DNA of 64,000 bases. It comes from Bugula neritina (lineage: Eukaryota; Animalia; Bryozoa). Positions within the stretch are counted from its first letter, which is position 1, and each line of letters opens with the position of its first letter. Positions 1 through 20,451 of this stretch are shown here, one piece after another. The notes beneath the pieces are model-generated. The model was not told where the DNA came from. It was given only the letters and a program-made list of their open reading frames with translations, and ran no database searches. The stretch spans positions 3,191,751 through 3,255,750 of the forward strand of contig OZ037773.1 of assembly GCA_964035545.1 (NCBI GenBank), read 5' to 3'. Both the position numbers and the translations under genes were made by a program.

Positions 1-2530
1 AGATTTTGATCCAAGTATAGCCTAAATTTATAGTCTTTGAGTCAGTCGAAATACATATAAGTACTGATTCAACTAAGAATTTCAGAGCAGACTTTACTAT
101 CTTAACTCAGTTTTTCATTGAACACTTTAATAGTCATATGCATAGGTTCTTGCTTTCTAAAGTTTTTTTTAAAGGTTAACTAAATCTTATAAATACATAT
201 CCTTTTTAGCAGTGAAAACACAGTACATACATAAAATGAGTTGTACAGAGAATATAAAGAATATATAGCTCTTACACCTTCAGTTTATTCTTGCATACAT
301 GTGGATTGTAACCACTATCAGTACAATGTATAAGAATTGTCATTATTAAGTTTAAGTGTCAACTAAAATTCTTTCTATACTAAATAACTAAAACTTTTAG
401 CATACAATAATACAGCATTATATAAGCAATAGTCAAAAGCAAGTCCAATATTACTACTCCAGGAACTATACTATAACCTGTACAATGTGGTATATTATGT
501 GGTATATGTATATAGTATGACTTCATTCCACACAAAAAAAAAAAAAATCGTTTTTTTATATTGTAATAATATAGTGAAAAAAATAATATTCAATGAAGAA
601 ATCTCAGTCAGTGATACTCCGTTGGACTTTATATGATGCTTGGGCTATCTAAACAAAAAACATGTGTAACATTCCTTAAGTAGAAGTTTGAGCAATACTC
701 TAAAAACACATGGAATTATTAGCACGCTGTCATGCATGCAGTCAACTATAGCTGCCTTAAAAACTTTGATTACCCTGTGAATACTAACCATACAAGTCTA
801 ATATAAGTTGTATGTATTGTGTTATACTTAGATAGTTTGTCCTTAATGTTAACTATCTACTGCATAAAATAGTAAAGCTGTGGAGGTTATAAATAGGATA
901 AAGCAGCATGTGCTTTGAAATAAAGCCCTATTGTATAGTATAGTATTATAGTACTTGTATATATGTGTTTAATACTTACATAAATTTGTCTGATTTGTAT
1001 TGAGGCATGTATAGTAACAATTGGCAGTAAAATAGTCAATTTCAAATACCCGGATAACTTATAGTCCTCATCAAACTTATCAAGTCAATAATAAATCAAC
1101 ATTAATAATGTCATAGAGAGGTACTACTGAATACTTCCTGGTTCTCATACCAATTCATAATTATAGTTGACAATATAACAGGAACATATAATAGCTCTTA
1201 TCTTATTAACTAATAGGCTTGTAGCATTGAATGAGAATAACCTCTTTGTAGAATATTCATCACCAGCAAGTATAATATGACAGTTAGAGTTCATATATTA
1301 TTATACATTGTATAAGTAATATATGTAGCTATTAGTAGCAGTTGTGAATTATTTTTCCTTTTCGTTACTGATGTACACAATCACCATAGGCTTTATAATA
1401 AGATTGTATAGTTGTTGCAAACCATGGTTGTTATTTGAATTTATTTCAACTATATATCGTAAAACTAGTATTACAGCGCATACCACAAGCACCACTTCAT
1501 ATGTAACATAAGCTAAATGCTGTTTCGAGGATGTGAACATTGGAAGTTATCTGTTCACTGATGAAAGCAACAAGTTTTATTTATCATCAGTAATTAGCTA
1601 GTCTAAAATCTTAGCTATAATAACTCTACATATTTATTGTATGTGTTGAGTTCTCCTAGTCAGTTGATTTACTCTTTACTTAAAATATCTATCAGAATAA
1701 TATTATGATAATATATATTTTTAATTCTATAATTTATTTTTGCATTCAAGTCCTCCATAAGTTATAACTATTTTACTATTATATATTACATCATCATGTT
1801 TTATTTTCAATGTATAGCATATTCATGTATATAAAATATATCAGTTTATATAGCGTATATCAATAATTGAATATAACATCTCAATATAAAACATCCCAAT
1901 GTATATATAACATATCAATGTATTACATATCAAATTATTATAACATAATTATTATATTAGTATTCATACATGCTAATCCTCCCACTGTCCTAACACTTTC
2001 ACTGCCCTGTAACTATTGACTATTCCTACTATAATAAGTAGTTGATTATACTTACATTTTCTGTTGTTAACTCAGCGGTATTTATAAAATTCCATGAAAC
2101 TTCATATATTGTCCTCAATTACGCTGCAGAAAGCTGAGTGTCAATTGTTGCTGATCTTCAACTTGCAGTATATCACATGTTATAAAGCTGCATTCTGGGA
2201 AACATAATACTTGCAGCTTGGGGTTTTAAAAAGGAAACTATAGTTTCAATGACTCATGTTTAAACACAACCCACATTCTTACATCAAGCAGATTGAAAAC
2301 TAGTTTTTACTAAACCTATTGACTCTTATAAAACTGACAAAAGACTACTAACCCTGTCCTTAAGTTTCTATTGGCTATAATCAGTGTGTATTGTTTGTCT
2401 ATGTTAAGTGAACAATGTACATATTGTGTAGACATATTCAACTTCCTTGTTGCTAGAGATAAGCTATAGTATGTAAGGAATAATATTTATATGAACTGCA
2501 GTATGCTGCGAAAGAAAGGATAACTCTAAT
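1..2530 (-). promoter_or_regulatory. Conserved upstream region of a further receptor copy lying just left of the window
   Basis: Base 1 onward aligns by eye with ~10187, ~20628, ~42488 and ~54915 onward, each ~140-190 nt upstream of a receptor ATG. Confidence 0.7.
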
Positions 2531-2558
2531 TAATATGCAAATATGCATATATGCACGC

Positions 2559-2970
<412 letters not shown>

Positions 2971-3385
2971 TTGAGTTTGCATTTGTATGTGCATATGTGA
3001 GTGTGCGTGTGCAGACATAACTATCAAGTTTATATATTATAGTGTTAATAATGGGTGCATTTCATTTTTATTGATGTGGGCCATGCTTACATGTTACAGA
3101 TTTTTACTTATTATTGAGATTGTGCCACTGTATCAGCAGCAGCCATTGAACTTAGTTATCAGAGAAAATTGATTGATTAATAGTTTTTTGTTGAAAACAA
3201 AATTTATTTGAAAAAAAACTTTCAGACAAGATATACTACTATTTTTTGAAAGACATCACCATATTTTATTATGAAAAGCTGATGTTATTCAATAGTTATA
3301 TGAAAACTTTTAGAGCTCTTTTGAAGCATATTTTGCTAAGCAAATGCTTCAATATAGACAATAAAGACTGTCTCCAAAACTGCAG

Positions 3386-3873
3386 TTATTTGATGCATTT
3401 ACAATTTCCAGAACCAATACTAAATCTTCTGTACCCTTGCTTTAAGCATCTCTGCCGGCAGTTCCAATTTATGTTGGGCTTTTCGCTGCGTCGGCAAGCT
3501 TCTGCTACGGAAGCTGTTATAAATATTTTACGAAATAGTCAAATTTTAGTAAAATAAATACACTCAAACAGGATATGTATAAACTGTGCATGCATTGCAT
3601 AATGTGAAATTTTATTCTCATGGTCAATAAACACACATACTGTTCTAAATTCAAGTAATAATAGTTATTATGGTAAGAACTTCTTTAACTGGTTTCCATG
3701 AGAATTTGGGCTCTGAAATGTCATCATATTATAAAATATATATAAATGTCATCAAAAATTTGAATATGGAAGTCAGGTTTTATGATTATAAAATAGAATA
3801 CATGTAATTAATTTGATCCACGCAATGCACAGATGGTATTCATGGCGCATAAAGGAAAAACAATGACCTTCAT
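3386..3873 (-). CDS. Defensin-like peptide gene copy 1 (59 aa, ORF open, weak splice donor)
   Basis: Exon 3822-3873 MKVIVFPLCAMNTICAL (donor C|GTGGAT) plus exon 3386-3513 PSVAEACRRSEKPNINWNCRQRCLKQGYRRFSIGSGNCKCIK*. The 52-nt first coding exon and the CxxxC..CxC pattern match the 61769 gene. Confidence 0.65.
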
Positions 3874-5018
3874 ATTTGGTGTGTTACTGTAAACAACGAT
3901 CAATATACATATACAATTCATGTCGTTTAACATACATTGAAAAGTATGAAATATAACTATGATTCATTTTTCACATTTCCTTCACATCAAGTTTCAATGT
4001 CACTATAATTAATTCTAATCATGTTTATTATATTTTTAAAACTTTATAAACAAGTATGCTGTTTGAGAAACATGCTCCCATGCATTGGTCAATAAAAAGT
4101 TCTATCTAATTCGAATAAAATTGTTGCCCTAAAAATTATTCTTTATTCATTTAAACAAATTGTATGAGTAAATTAGAAAGTTTTTTTTTTCAACAAAAAT
4201 TATTTTTTATCTCTTTACAACATTTTTTGAGTAAATTAGCAATTTATATTTTTTAACAAGTAAAAAATATTTTTAAGATCTATAATTGGTATACCTCTAA
4301 AAAGTTTATTACATAACCAACTTTATACAGTTTATATAATATTATATAATAATAATCGGATATCCTACAATTAAGTATAACAGAGATAGAATAATAATTA
4401 TTATGTCATGTCTAATCATCTTAAAAAAAGTTCTTTTTAGATAATGATATTTTTCAACAGCACTAAAAATAAATATGCTTGCTTGTTGAGTATTTCTAAA
4501 AATGTGTATCAACAATACAAGTTATTGGAATAATGTGACAACCTAAAGAAAAGCTTAAAATGAGTTAAAAACAAATGTTACAATTGAATAAATATATGGA
4601 GAATTTTCTATAAAAGAATCTAATAAAAGCAAGTTGGCATCAAAGCCAGATTTATACTTAATTTGGTTATATCAGTTATATATATATCATTATAATGTAT
4701 GTGTTACCTTCCTATATAATGTTTATATTAACGTACAATAAACAACATACCCAATATACATGAGTGTAGCAAGATTTGGTAAATTGAAAGTAAAACAGTT
4801 TGAAGATATGACATGCTTGCATATGTTAGAACTGACTCAACTTTCTTCTGCCTATAATATTTACCAAAATATATTTAATTTCTTGTTGAATATAAAAGTT
4901 CCCATTGTTGCCTACAATTCATAGTAATAGTATTAAAATATTTCATTGCAGTTAATAAAAATATATTATTGGAAAACATTTATAATAATATAGTGCTGGC
5001 TACAGTAATAATGCTTAT

Positions 5019-6136
5019 CTAGCTTTTGATGTTGACATAAGTTTGCCCGAAAGGTGCCTCATGGTTATCTGTATTGGCTGCTTGTCTTTGAGATGTATCT
5101 AGTGAGTCATAGTTGTGATCATCCATTCTAGTGGCAGACATCTCTGTGTATGGGGAGTTATCGGTCCTAGTAGTAGACATTTCTATGTATGGGGAATTAT
5201 CAGTCTTGGTGACAGACAACTCTGTGTACAGGGAGTTATCATTCCTAGTGACAGATAATTCCGTGTATGGGGAGTTATCAGTCCCAGTACGAGCTTGTGA
5301 CCTAATTCCTTGAAAAAAAAGACAAGCCAGTTTTATTTTGCAACTAATTTTTGGATTGCAGCTTCAAGTGTAATTGTTATATATAAATATGATAGAATAT
5401 CATTATTTTATAACATCATTTTATCAATCAATAACACCTTTTAGTTTTCCAAGATGAAATGCTACTCCAGCTGTGATGATAAGTAACAGACAACCACCAG
5501 CTAATCCTCCTCCCAGAGCAGCTTTGTCTATGTTCCCAGATGATGGTTTTTCAGAAGGAGTCAAAATCGGGATTGTGGTTGATAGTGTAATAGAACTATC
5601 CCACTTTATTGTCCATGTAATAGTAACTGATTTGGCTGCATAATAAAAGCAAAATTATTATAATAAAACGGATCTTTCAATAACACTATTAATAGTTTTT
5701 GACAATAAATAGTCTCTGATCATCACAATTAGTACCATATAGCTAGGTTAACTCTCTAATTTAAGTTGTATGACATTGTTATTAAAAGGAAAGTATCAAA
5801 ATTTAAAAAAGTGCATATATAAATTGTCAGCAGTGGTACAATTTAAATAATTTCTTACATAAACCATTTCCAGCTGCGCATGAAACTGTGTCTGTTAAAC
5901 CATCAGTTTGAGAATTCAAACCCAGTTCATCAGATGATCCTATTAGCAAAGCTCCATTATATGTCCAAGTGAAGGTTGAAAGTGGTGGGTTAGCATCCAC
6001 ATGTTGACTACACTTTAGTTTAACATCAGATTGACTTGGGTTGTATTCTTTCGTGATTGGATCTTGGACACCTGGTTTACTAGCCAAATCTGCAGTGCAC
6101 CAACATGAAAATGTTGAAATTAATAAGTATATCAGG

Positions 6137-6226
<90 letters not shown>

Positions 6227-6736
6227 GAAAAGGAAAATTAATCCATATGTATTGAAAGAGAAAAGTTAATGACGCTCACACTGTGGTATAATGGTAACAG
6301 TTTGTTCAGTGTTTCCTCCCTTCCACTTAGAATGTTTTGTATCTGTACAAGATAAAGTTAGTCCAGTTCTGTCTGTCTCAGTAGGAGTATACTTTCCAGC
6401 CACTGTGTTACCATTTACTTCTGTACATTAATATATATGTGTAAGTCAAACATCAACATTGGTTATAGAAGAACATCAAAGAAAAAGTATTTGGTTCTAA
6501 GTTTACAACTTCCTCAACATAACGACATTATAGTATATGAGCCTAATATGTCACTATTACGTATATATATATATAAGCATTTACAAGATGACAACATTGT
6601 TCATCAGTGCTATATCCTATAATATACACCCATTTGTATTCTCAGCTTTCTGCTACATAAATAAAGAATCTAAAATCATGCATTAGTTTTATTCAGTAAG
6701 ATGGAATAAGTCAGAAAAACAAGTATGAATCCTATT

Positions 6737-6771
<35 letters not shown>

Positions 6772-9700
6772 CTATACTCACCGTATTCATAGACAGACAC
6801 AGGAACTGCCCCTATAGAGTTACAATTAAAACTAAACTCTTCTCCTTCTATGATAGTTTCTTGTACATTTAGAAATATATCAGTTGGAGCCGCTGTTGAA
6901 TGAAAATAAGACATGCAAAAATATATTTCAAGTTGAGGAGTCAAATAGAGTTTATAAGAGCACTTGCTAATACTTTAACTTAATGTCTTGGCTTATATGT
7001 GATATAGATAGGAAAAATATCAAGTGAGATAGAAGCATTCAAAACATTATACTTTTCTCCTTCTGTGATAGTTTCTGATTTCCTGAGGTTAATAAGCTGC
7101 AACCACTGTTTTAATAGGAACGCATTCATAAACTGAATATAAACATTTGGTTTACAGAAATATTTCCAATAAAGTTGTTTTACTCTCGCATTAAAGTTCC
7201 TAATTATGAACAATAATAGACAAAAATCTAACGATAGCATGGCACCATGCTAAATGTCTGAAAATAAAACTATAAACTGTTTTGATAGCAGTTGAATCCC
7301 ACAATATAGAGATAAATGACATACTTTAAAAGCTGAAATTAATTAAAGTTGCATCTAAAAATTATGGTCTGCTAACATAATTTTAAAATAGACAAATTTA
7401 CTTTAAATAGGTTACCTTTGACTTCCATTGACACTTCCGAAGAGAGAATTTCTCCCACACCTCCTCCTTCAAACCCTCTACAGTAAAACTTCCCTTTGAT
7501 TGTTGAATCTGTTACAGTGAGTTGTACAGAAAGAGTGAACCCTTCAGGTTTACCAACTGAGTTACAGTCTGCATGGCTGACTCCAGGTCCTTCTATTCCA
7601 GAAACAGTAATAATATCTGGAGTTGAAGAGCTCTGCCATACTGTGTCATCCTCAGCACTTCGAGTACATCCATTTTGATAGACTGTACTGTCTCCATCAG
7701 CTTCATACCGTAACTGAAAGGTTCTCAGATCAGTATAACCAGATGCTTCACATGTGAAAGTTATCTTCTCACCTTTATAGAAATCTGGTGAAGTTGTAGT
7801 ACTGTAGTCTATCTCTGTAGATGGCTGTGCTATATATAGATGTATATATAGTAACAGCCCAGGTTACAAAGTACATCTAATACCGTGTACCAATATATAT
7901 ACAGTCAAAAACGTCTGGTTGTAAAAAATTACTTAATGAATAATAACAAAAGTGCATACAAACTGCATATACCAAATTTTAAGAATATGAACCAATTGTA
8001 AACCAATTGCACTCCATTAAAGGACATGACAGTGAGAATAAAATATTTAACAAGCAGTCTTTACTTATTCCTACTTATTCATACTTATTCATATCTTAAC
8101 TTTTTCATATGAATGTTTATAACACTAACACTGTGGTGTGATGGCAACAGTTTGTTCAGTGTTTCCTCCCTTCCAGTTAGAATGTTCTGTATCTGTACAG
8201 GATAAAGTTAATCCAGCTCTGTCTGTCTCAGTAGGAGTATACTTACCAGCCACTGTGTTACCATTTACTTCTGAATATTAAAACATATCTGTTTTTGCCA
8301 AGTTATGATAGTAAAGAACAACAGAGGATCTGTTCCTATATGTTTATAAACTTATCAATATTACAACACAACCTCATAATTTTTATTATACTCCCATATA
8401 ATCCCATTATAGCAATATGACTTGTAAATTGCTATAAGCAATGCTCTGCCATTTACACAAAATTTTGAAACTTGCCAAAGAATTAAGTCTAAATTTGTAA
8501 AAATGACGACTCTAAAAACTTAACTCTTTTTTTAGAATAAGCTGACACCTAAAACTCTAGATTTACAAATAACTGCTTTAATTTTATAAAATAGAAAGTA
8601 TGGAAGATAATTACACTCATGTAGTATTATTAGATAATTGTATTTATATATGTCACAGTCACATACAAACGTAATTAATTTCATATTACATGTAGCAAAT
8701 ATTTTATGATTTTTACTATATGCAAAGAAAGGTAATTAATTTATAATTTACTAAATAGAAAGTCATGGAACACATGTTTGAATTTTAATTAATCAAACAC
8801 TTCTATATATACTCACTGTATTCATAGACTGACACAGGATCTGCTCCTGTAGAGTTACAATCAAAAGTAAACTCTTCTCCTTCTATAATAGTTTCTGGTT
8901 TATTGAGGGATATACCAGTCGGAGCCACTGTTGAATAAAATCGCAAATATTAATTTAAATTTAATGCATGCCTCCCAGAAATAAATGAGATATATATATT
9001 CCAAAATTTAATTTGAGGGTATAGAACTATATAGCAAAAATCAATGCTGACATTTTTAATTTCAGCCATGAAATTACACACATTAATTAGCTATGAAAGT
9101 GTCAAATATAACATTATTATAAAATGCTAAGCAGATAGTTTTGTTTAGAAACTAATAGTAATATACTCGAAAAATATTTATGGTGCATACTAAGTAAATT
9201 TTAGTGATGCCATCAACCATCACCATGGCAACAGATGAATAGAAGTTTAATCTGTGTTCTATAATATGGAGCTCTACTAAAGTTAGTTACAGTGAAACAA
9301 AAAAAACAACCAGTTATACCATAATAATTTCGAACTTATAGAATAATTTATTTTAAGAATTTACCTTTGACTTCAATTGAAACTTCTGAGGAAAGAAACT
9401 CTCCCACACCTCCTCCTTCAAATCCTCTACAGTAGAACTTCCCTTTGAGTGTTGAATCAGTTGCAGTGAATTGTACAGAAAGAGTGAATCCTTCAGGTTT
9501 ACCAACTGAGTTACAGTATGCATGACTGACTCCAGGTCCTTCTATTCCAGAGACAGTAACAATCTCTGGAGTTGAAGAGCTCAGCCATACTGTGTCATCC
9601 TCAGAACTTGGAATACATCCACTTTGATAGATTGTACTGTCTCCATCAGCTTCATATCGTAACTGTAAGGTTCTCAGATCAGTATAACTAGATGCTTCAC

Positions 9701-10000
9701 ATGTGAAAGTTATCTTCTCATCTTTATAGAAATCTGGTGAGCTTGTAGTACTGTAGTCTATCTTTGTAGATGGTTGTGCTATAAGAAAAATATATTACAT
9801 ATATAAAACTCTAAGATCCCCAATATGTACGTACTTTATGATACTGTGCACCAATATGTTATGCATGCAGTCCCTGAAGTCATGTGTATCAACCCAATTA
9901 CATATAATATAGTTACAGGGCATTATATAGAACAAGCCTTACCTGCAGTGCAGATAAATAAGCAGACCAGACAAGACAGGAAGTGGTAGTAGCACATCAT
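5019..10000 (-). CDS. Receptor gene A: Ig-superfamily type-I membrane protein, SP-V-C2-V-C2-C2-TM-tail with 4 Tyr repeats (~702 aa)
   Basis: Hand-built exons with GT/AG ends: 9943-10000 (signal peptide MMCYYHFLSCLVCLFICTA), 9365-9778 (V-like: ITFTCEAS...FTLSVQ...GKFYCRG), 8817-8927 + 8130-8270 (split C2: [16 protein letters not shown]...LTLSC), 7416-7829, 6782-6892, 6280-6420, 5859-6089 (LKCSQHVDANPP..FTW..SCAAGN), 5438-5635 (S/T stalk + TM AALGGGLAGGCLLLIITAGVAF), 5019-5308 (tail). Lengths sum to 2109 nt, in frame, and I saw no internal stop. Confidence 0.85.
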
Positions 10001-12254
10001 CTCACTACAATATAGCATTAAGTTTTTTTATTCATTTTATATTTTTTAACAGTATTTAATTTTGTATAGAAGTTTAAGTTATTTATATCCATGTGTATCT
10101 ATAATGCAGCTATATTCATAAAATTGTGTAAAAATTATATTAATAATATGTTATTATGCAATGTTTTCAGTTTCAATTGCTATATTAGATTATAATCCAA
10201 GTATAACCTAAATTTATACTCTCTGGGCAATTACTCGCAATACATATAAGTACTTTTGTAACTAAAGATTTTCAGAGCAGACTTTACTATCTTAACTCAG
10301 TTTTTCATTGAACACCATAAAAGTCATATGCATAGGTTCTAGCTCTGTAGGGTTTCTGAAAGATAAACTAATTCTTATAAATATATCCTTTTCCTAGCAG
10401 TAAAGACATGTGCATGAAATGAGTTGTCTTATATGAATGCAGAGAGAATATAACTTCTATACATTTAGTTTATTGCTGCACACATCTGTAGATTATAACC
10501 ACTATAAGAAAATAACATTTGAGAATTGCCATTCTTAATTTTAGGTGTCAACAAAAACTCGTACTACTAAATAACTGAAGCTTTTAGCATACAATAATAT
10601 AGCATTAGAGCAATAGTATAGAAAGCAAGTCTAATAATACGGCATCATGCATATGGAACTACTATAACTTGTACAATGTGGTAGGTTATGTGGTATATGT
10701 ATAGTATGATTTCATTTCATACAAAATATTTTTGTTCTTTTTTCTTTGTATTGTAATATATTATCACAAAATAGTATTAAATGAAGAAATCTCAGGCAGT
10801 GATATATTATATTAGACTTTATGGTGCTTTAAACAAATAGCATGTGTAACATTCCTAATTAAGTAAAAGTTTGAGCAATATATGCTAACTATAATAACAC
10901 ATGGAATTATTAGCACGCTGTTATGCAGTGAACTAGCCGCCTTAAAAACTTTGATTAGTAAACTTTGATCTCTGTCAATACCAACCATGCAAGGCTAATA
11001 TAAATTGCATGTATCGTGTTTTACTTGCATATTGTGTTCCTTAATCTTAACTCTACTGCATAAAATAGTAAGGCTATAATGGAGCTTATAGGCTTATTTT
11101 ACTGCCAACTGTTACTGCATGCCTCAATATAAACCTTGCAAATTTATGTGAGTATCAAACACTATGTACAAGTACTATACGTATACAACAGAGCTTTAGT
11201 TAAAAGCACGCTGCGTTATCATATCTATATATAGATATGATAAAGCAGCGCATACTTTTATCATCAGTAATTAGCTAGTCTAAAATCATAGCTATAATAA
11301 CTCTATATATGTATTGTATGTGTTGGCTTCTTTGAGTCATTTAATTTACTTTGTGCTTAAAATATCAAACAGAATAGTATTATGGCAAGAAATTTATATT
11401 TTCATTTTATAATTTACTTTTGAATTCAAGTCCTCCATAAGTTATAGTTATTTAAATATGATATTATATCATCATGTTTTATTCTCAATGTATAACATAT
11501 TCATATATATAACATACAATATATCAATATAAAACATATTAATGTATATAACAATATATAGCATATCAAAATACAGTATAACATATTATCAATATATATA
11601 ACATATTAATAATATAGTATAACATATTAATATATTATAACATAATTATTATGTTACTATTTACACATATGCTAATCTCCTCACTGCCCGAACCCTTTTA
11701 CTGCCCTGTAATTATTGACTATTTCTACTATAACAAGTAGTTTTTTATACTTACATTTTCTATTGTTAACTCAGCAACATATATAATATTCCATGAAACT
11801 TCAGGTATTGTCCTCAATTACGCTGCAGAAAGCTGAGTGTCAATTGTTGCTGATCTTCAACTTGCAGTATATCACATGTTATAAAGCTGCATTCTGGGAA
11901 ACATAATACTTGCAGCTTGGGGTTTTAAAAAGGAAACTAGTTTCAATGACTCATGTTTAAACACAACCCACATGCTTACATCAAGCAGATTGAAAACTAG
12001 TTTTTACTAAACCTATTGACTCTTATAAAACTGACAAAAGACTACTAACCCTGTCCTCAAGTTTCTATTGGCTATAATCAGTGTGTATTGTTGGTCTATG
12101 TTGAGTGAACAATGTGCATATTGTGTAGACTCACTCAACTTCCTTGTTGCTAGAGATAAGCTATAGTATGTAAGGAATAATAGTTATATGAACTGCAGTA
12201 TGCTGCGAAAGAAAGGATAACTCAAATGAAGATGCAAACATGCATATATGCACG

Positions 12255-12700
<446 letters not shown>

Positions 12701-13112
12701 TGTGCAGACATAACTATCAAGTTTATATATTATAGTGTTAATAATGGGTGCATTTCATTTTTATTGATGTGGGCCATGCTTACGTGTTACAGATTTTTAA
12801 TTATTATTGAGGTTAAGGAGGTATTGAAAAAAGTATATATATTATGGTTGATTTTGCCACTGTATCAGCAGCAGCCATTGAACTTAGTTATCAGAGAAAA
12901 TTGATTGATCAATAGTTTTTTGTTGAAAACAAAATTTATTTGGAAAACAACTTTTAGACAAGATATACTAATATTTCTTGAAAGACATCACTATTCTATT
13001 GTGAAAAGCTAATGGTATTCAACATAGTTATATAAAAACTTTAATGCTCTTTTGAAGCATATTCTGCTAAGCAAAGGCTTCAATATAGGCAATGAAGACT
13101 GTCTCCAAGCAG

Positions 13113-13591
13113 TTATTTGATACATTTACAAATTCCAGAACCAATACTGAATCTTCTGTACCCCTGCTTTAAGCATCTCTGCCGGCAGTTCCAATTTATG
13201 TTGGGCTTTTCGCTGCGTCGGCGAGCTTCTGCTAACTTTTACGAAATATTTTACAAAATAGTCAAATTCCGGTAAAATAAATACAAACAGGATATGTATA
13301 AACTGTGCATGCATTGCATAACGTCAAATTGCATTCCCATTGTTAATAAACACACATATTGTTCTAAATTCAAGTAATAATAATTATTATAGTAAGAACT
13401 TCTTTAACTGGTTTCCATGAGAATTTGGGCTCTGAAATGTCATCATATTATAAAATATATATAAATGTCATCAAAAATTTGAATATGAAAGTCAAGTTTT
13501 ATGATTATAAAATAGAATACATGTAATTAATTTAATCCACGCAATGCACAGATGGCATTCATGGCGCATGAAACAAAAACATTACCTTCAT
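13113..13591 (-). pseudogene. Defensin-like peptide gene copy 2 (frameshift in signal exon; mature-peptide exon intact)
   Basis: The SP exon 13541-13591 is 1 nt short, giving an early TGA. Exon 13113-13231 reads EARRRSEKPNINWNCRQRCLKQGYRRFSIGSGICKCIK*, and its original acceptor region is deleted. Confidence 0.65.
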
Positions 13592-14852
13592 ATTTGGTGT
13601 GTTCCCGTAAACAACGATCAATATACATATATACAATTCATGTCGTTTAACATACATAGAAAAGTATGAAATATAAGTATGATTCATTTTTCACATTTCC
13701 TTCGCAACAAGTTTCAATGTCACTATAATTAATTCTAATCATGTTTATTATACTTTTAAAACTTTATAAACAAGTATGCTGTTGGAGAAACATGCTCCCA
13801 TTGGTCAATAAAAAGTTGTATATCTAATTGGAATAAAATTGTTGCACTAAAAATTATTCTTTATTTGTTTAAACAAATTGTATGAGTAGATTAGAATGTT
13901 TTTTTTTCCAACAAAGATTATTCTTTATTTCTTTACAACATTTTTTGAGTAAATTAGCAATTTATATTTTTTAATAAGTAAAAAATATTTTGAAGATCTA
14001 TAATTGGTATACTTCTAAAAGGTTTATTACATAACTAACTTTATATAGTTTATATAATATTATATAATAATAATCGGATATCCTACAATTAATTATAGCA
14101 AAGATATAGAATAATAATTATTATGTTATGTCTAATCATCTTAAAAAAAGTTCTTTTCAGATAATTATATCTTTCAACAGCACTAAAAATAAACATGCTT
14201 GCTTGTTGAGTATGTGTATTGACAATACAAGTTATTGGGATAATGTGACAACCTGAATATAAGCTTAAACAATCAATGAGTTGAAAACAAATGCTACAAT
14301 TGAATAAATATATAGAGAATTTTTCACAAGAGAATCTAATAAATGCAAGTTGGCATCAAAGCCAAATTCGTACTAAATTTGAATATATTAGTTATATATA
14401 TCATTAAAATGTATGTGTTACTGTCCTATATAATGTTTATATATTAGCGTATAATAAACATCATATCCTGCAATATACAGCTGAGTGTAGCAAAATTTGG
14501 TAAATTGAAAGTAAATCAGTTTGAAAATATGACATGCCTGCAGATTTTAGAACTGACTCGACTTTCTTCTGCCTATAAACTACATAGTATCCAAACTCTA
14601 TTCTAGAAAATCATAACATATTAAAATTGTAGCAGTTTTTCAAAAGTTTGAATCAATGACACGTTTGCTTATGTCTATAATAGAAAATTTCTAATTTATT
14701 AAGGAATATAATTTCTTATTGAATTATATAAAAATTCCCATCTTTGCTTACAATTCATAGTAATAATATTAAAATCTTTCATTGCAGTTAATAGAAATAT
14801 ATTAATGAAAAACATTTATATAGTGTTGGCTACATGCAGTAATAATACGTAT

Positions 14853-20451
<5,599 letters not shown>

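Noticed and set aside
1349-1540. Hydrophobic 63-aa ORF conserved upstream of receptors (also 21948-22145)
   Set aside because: Non-ATG start and frame broken by indels in other copies (~43820-44010, ~58500-58685); more likely conserved non-coding sequence.
13126-13314. ORF-track proteins over the GC-richer conserved patch (also 3246-3557)
   Set aside because: Alternative frame or strand of the defensin-like exon.
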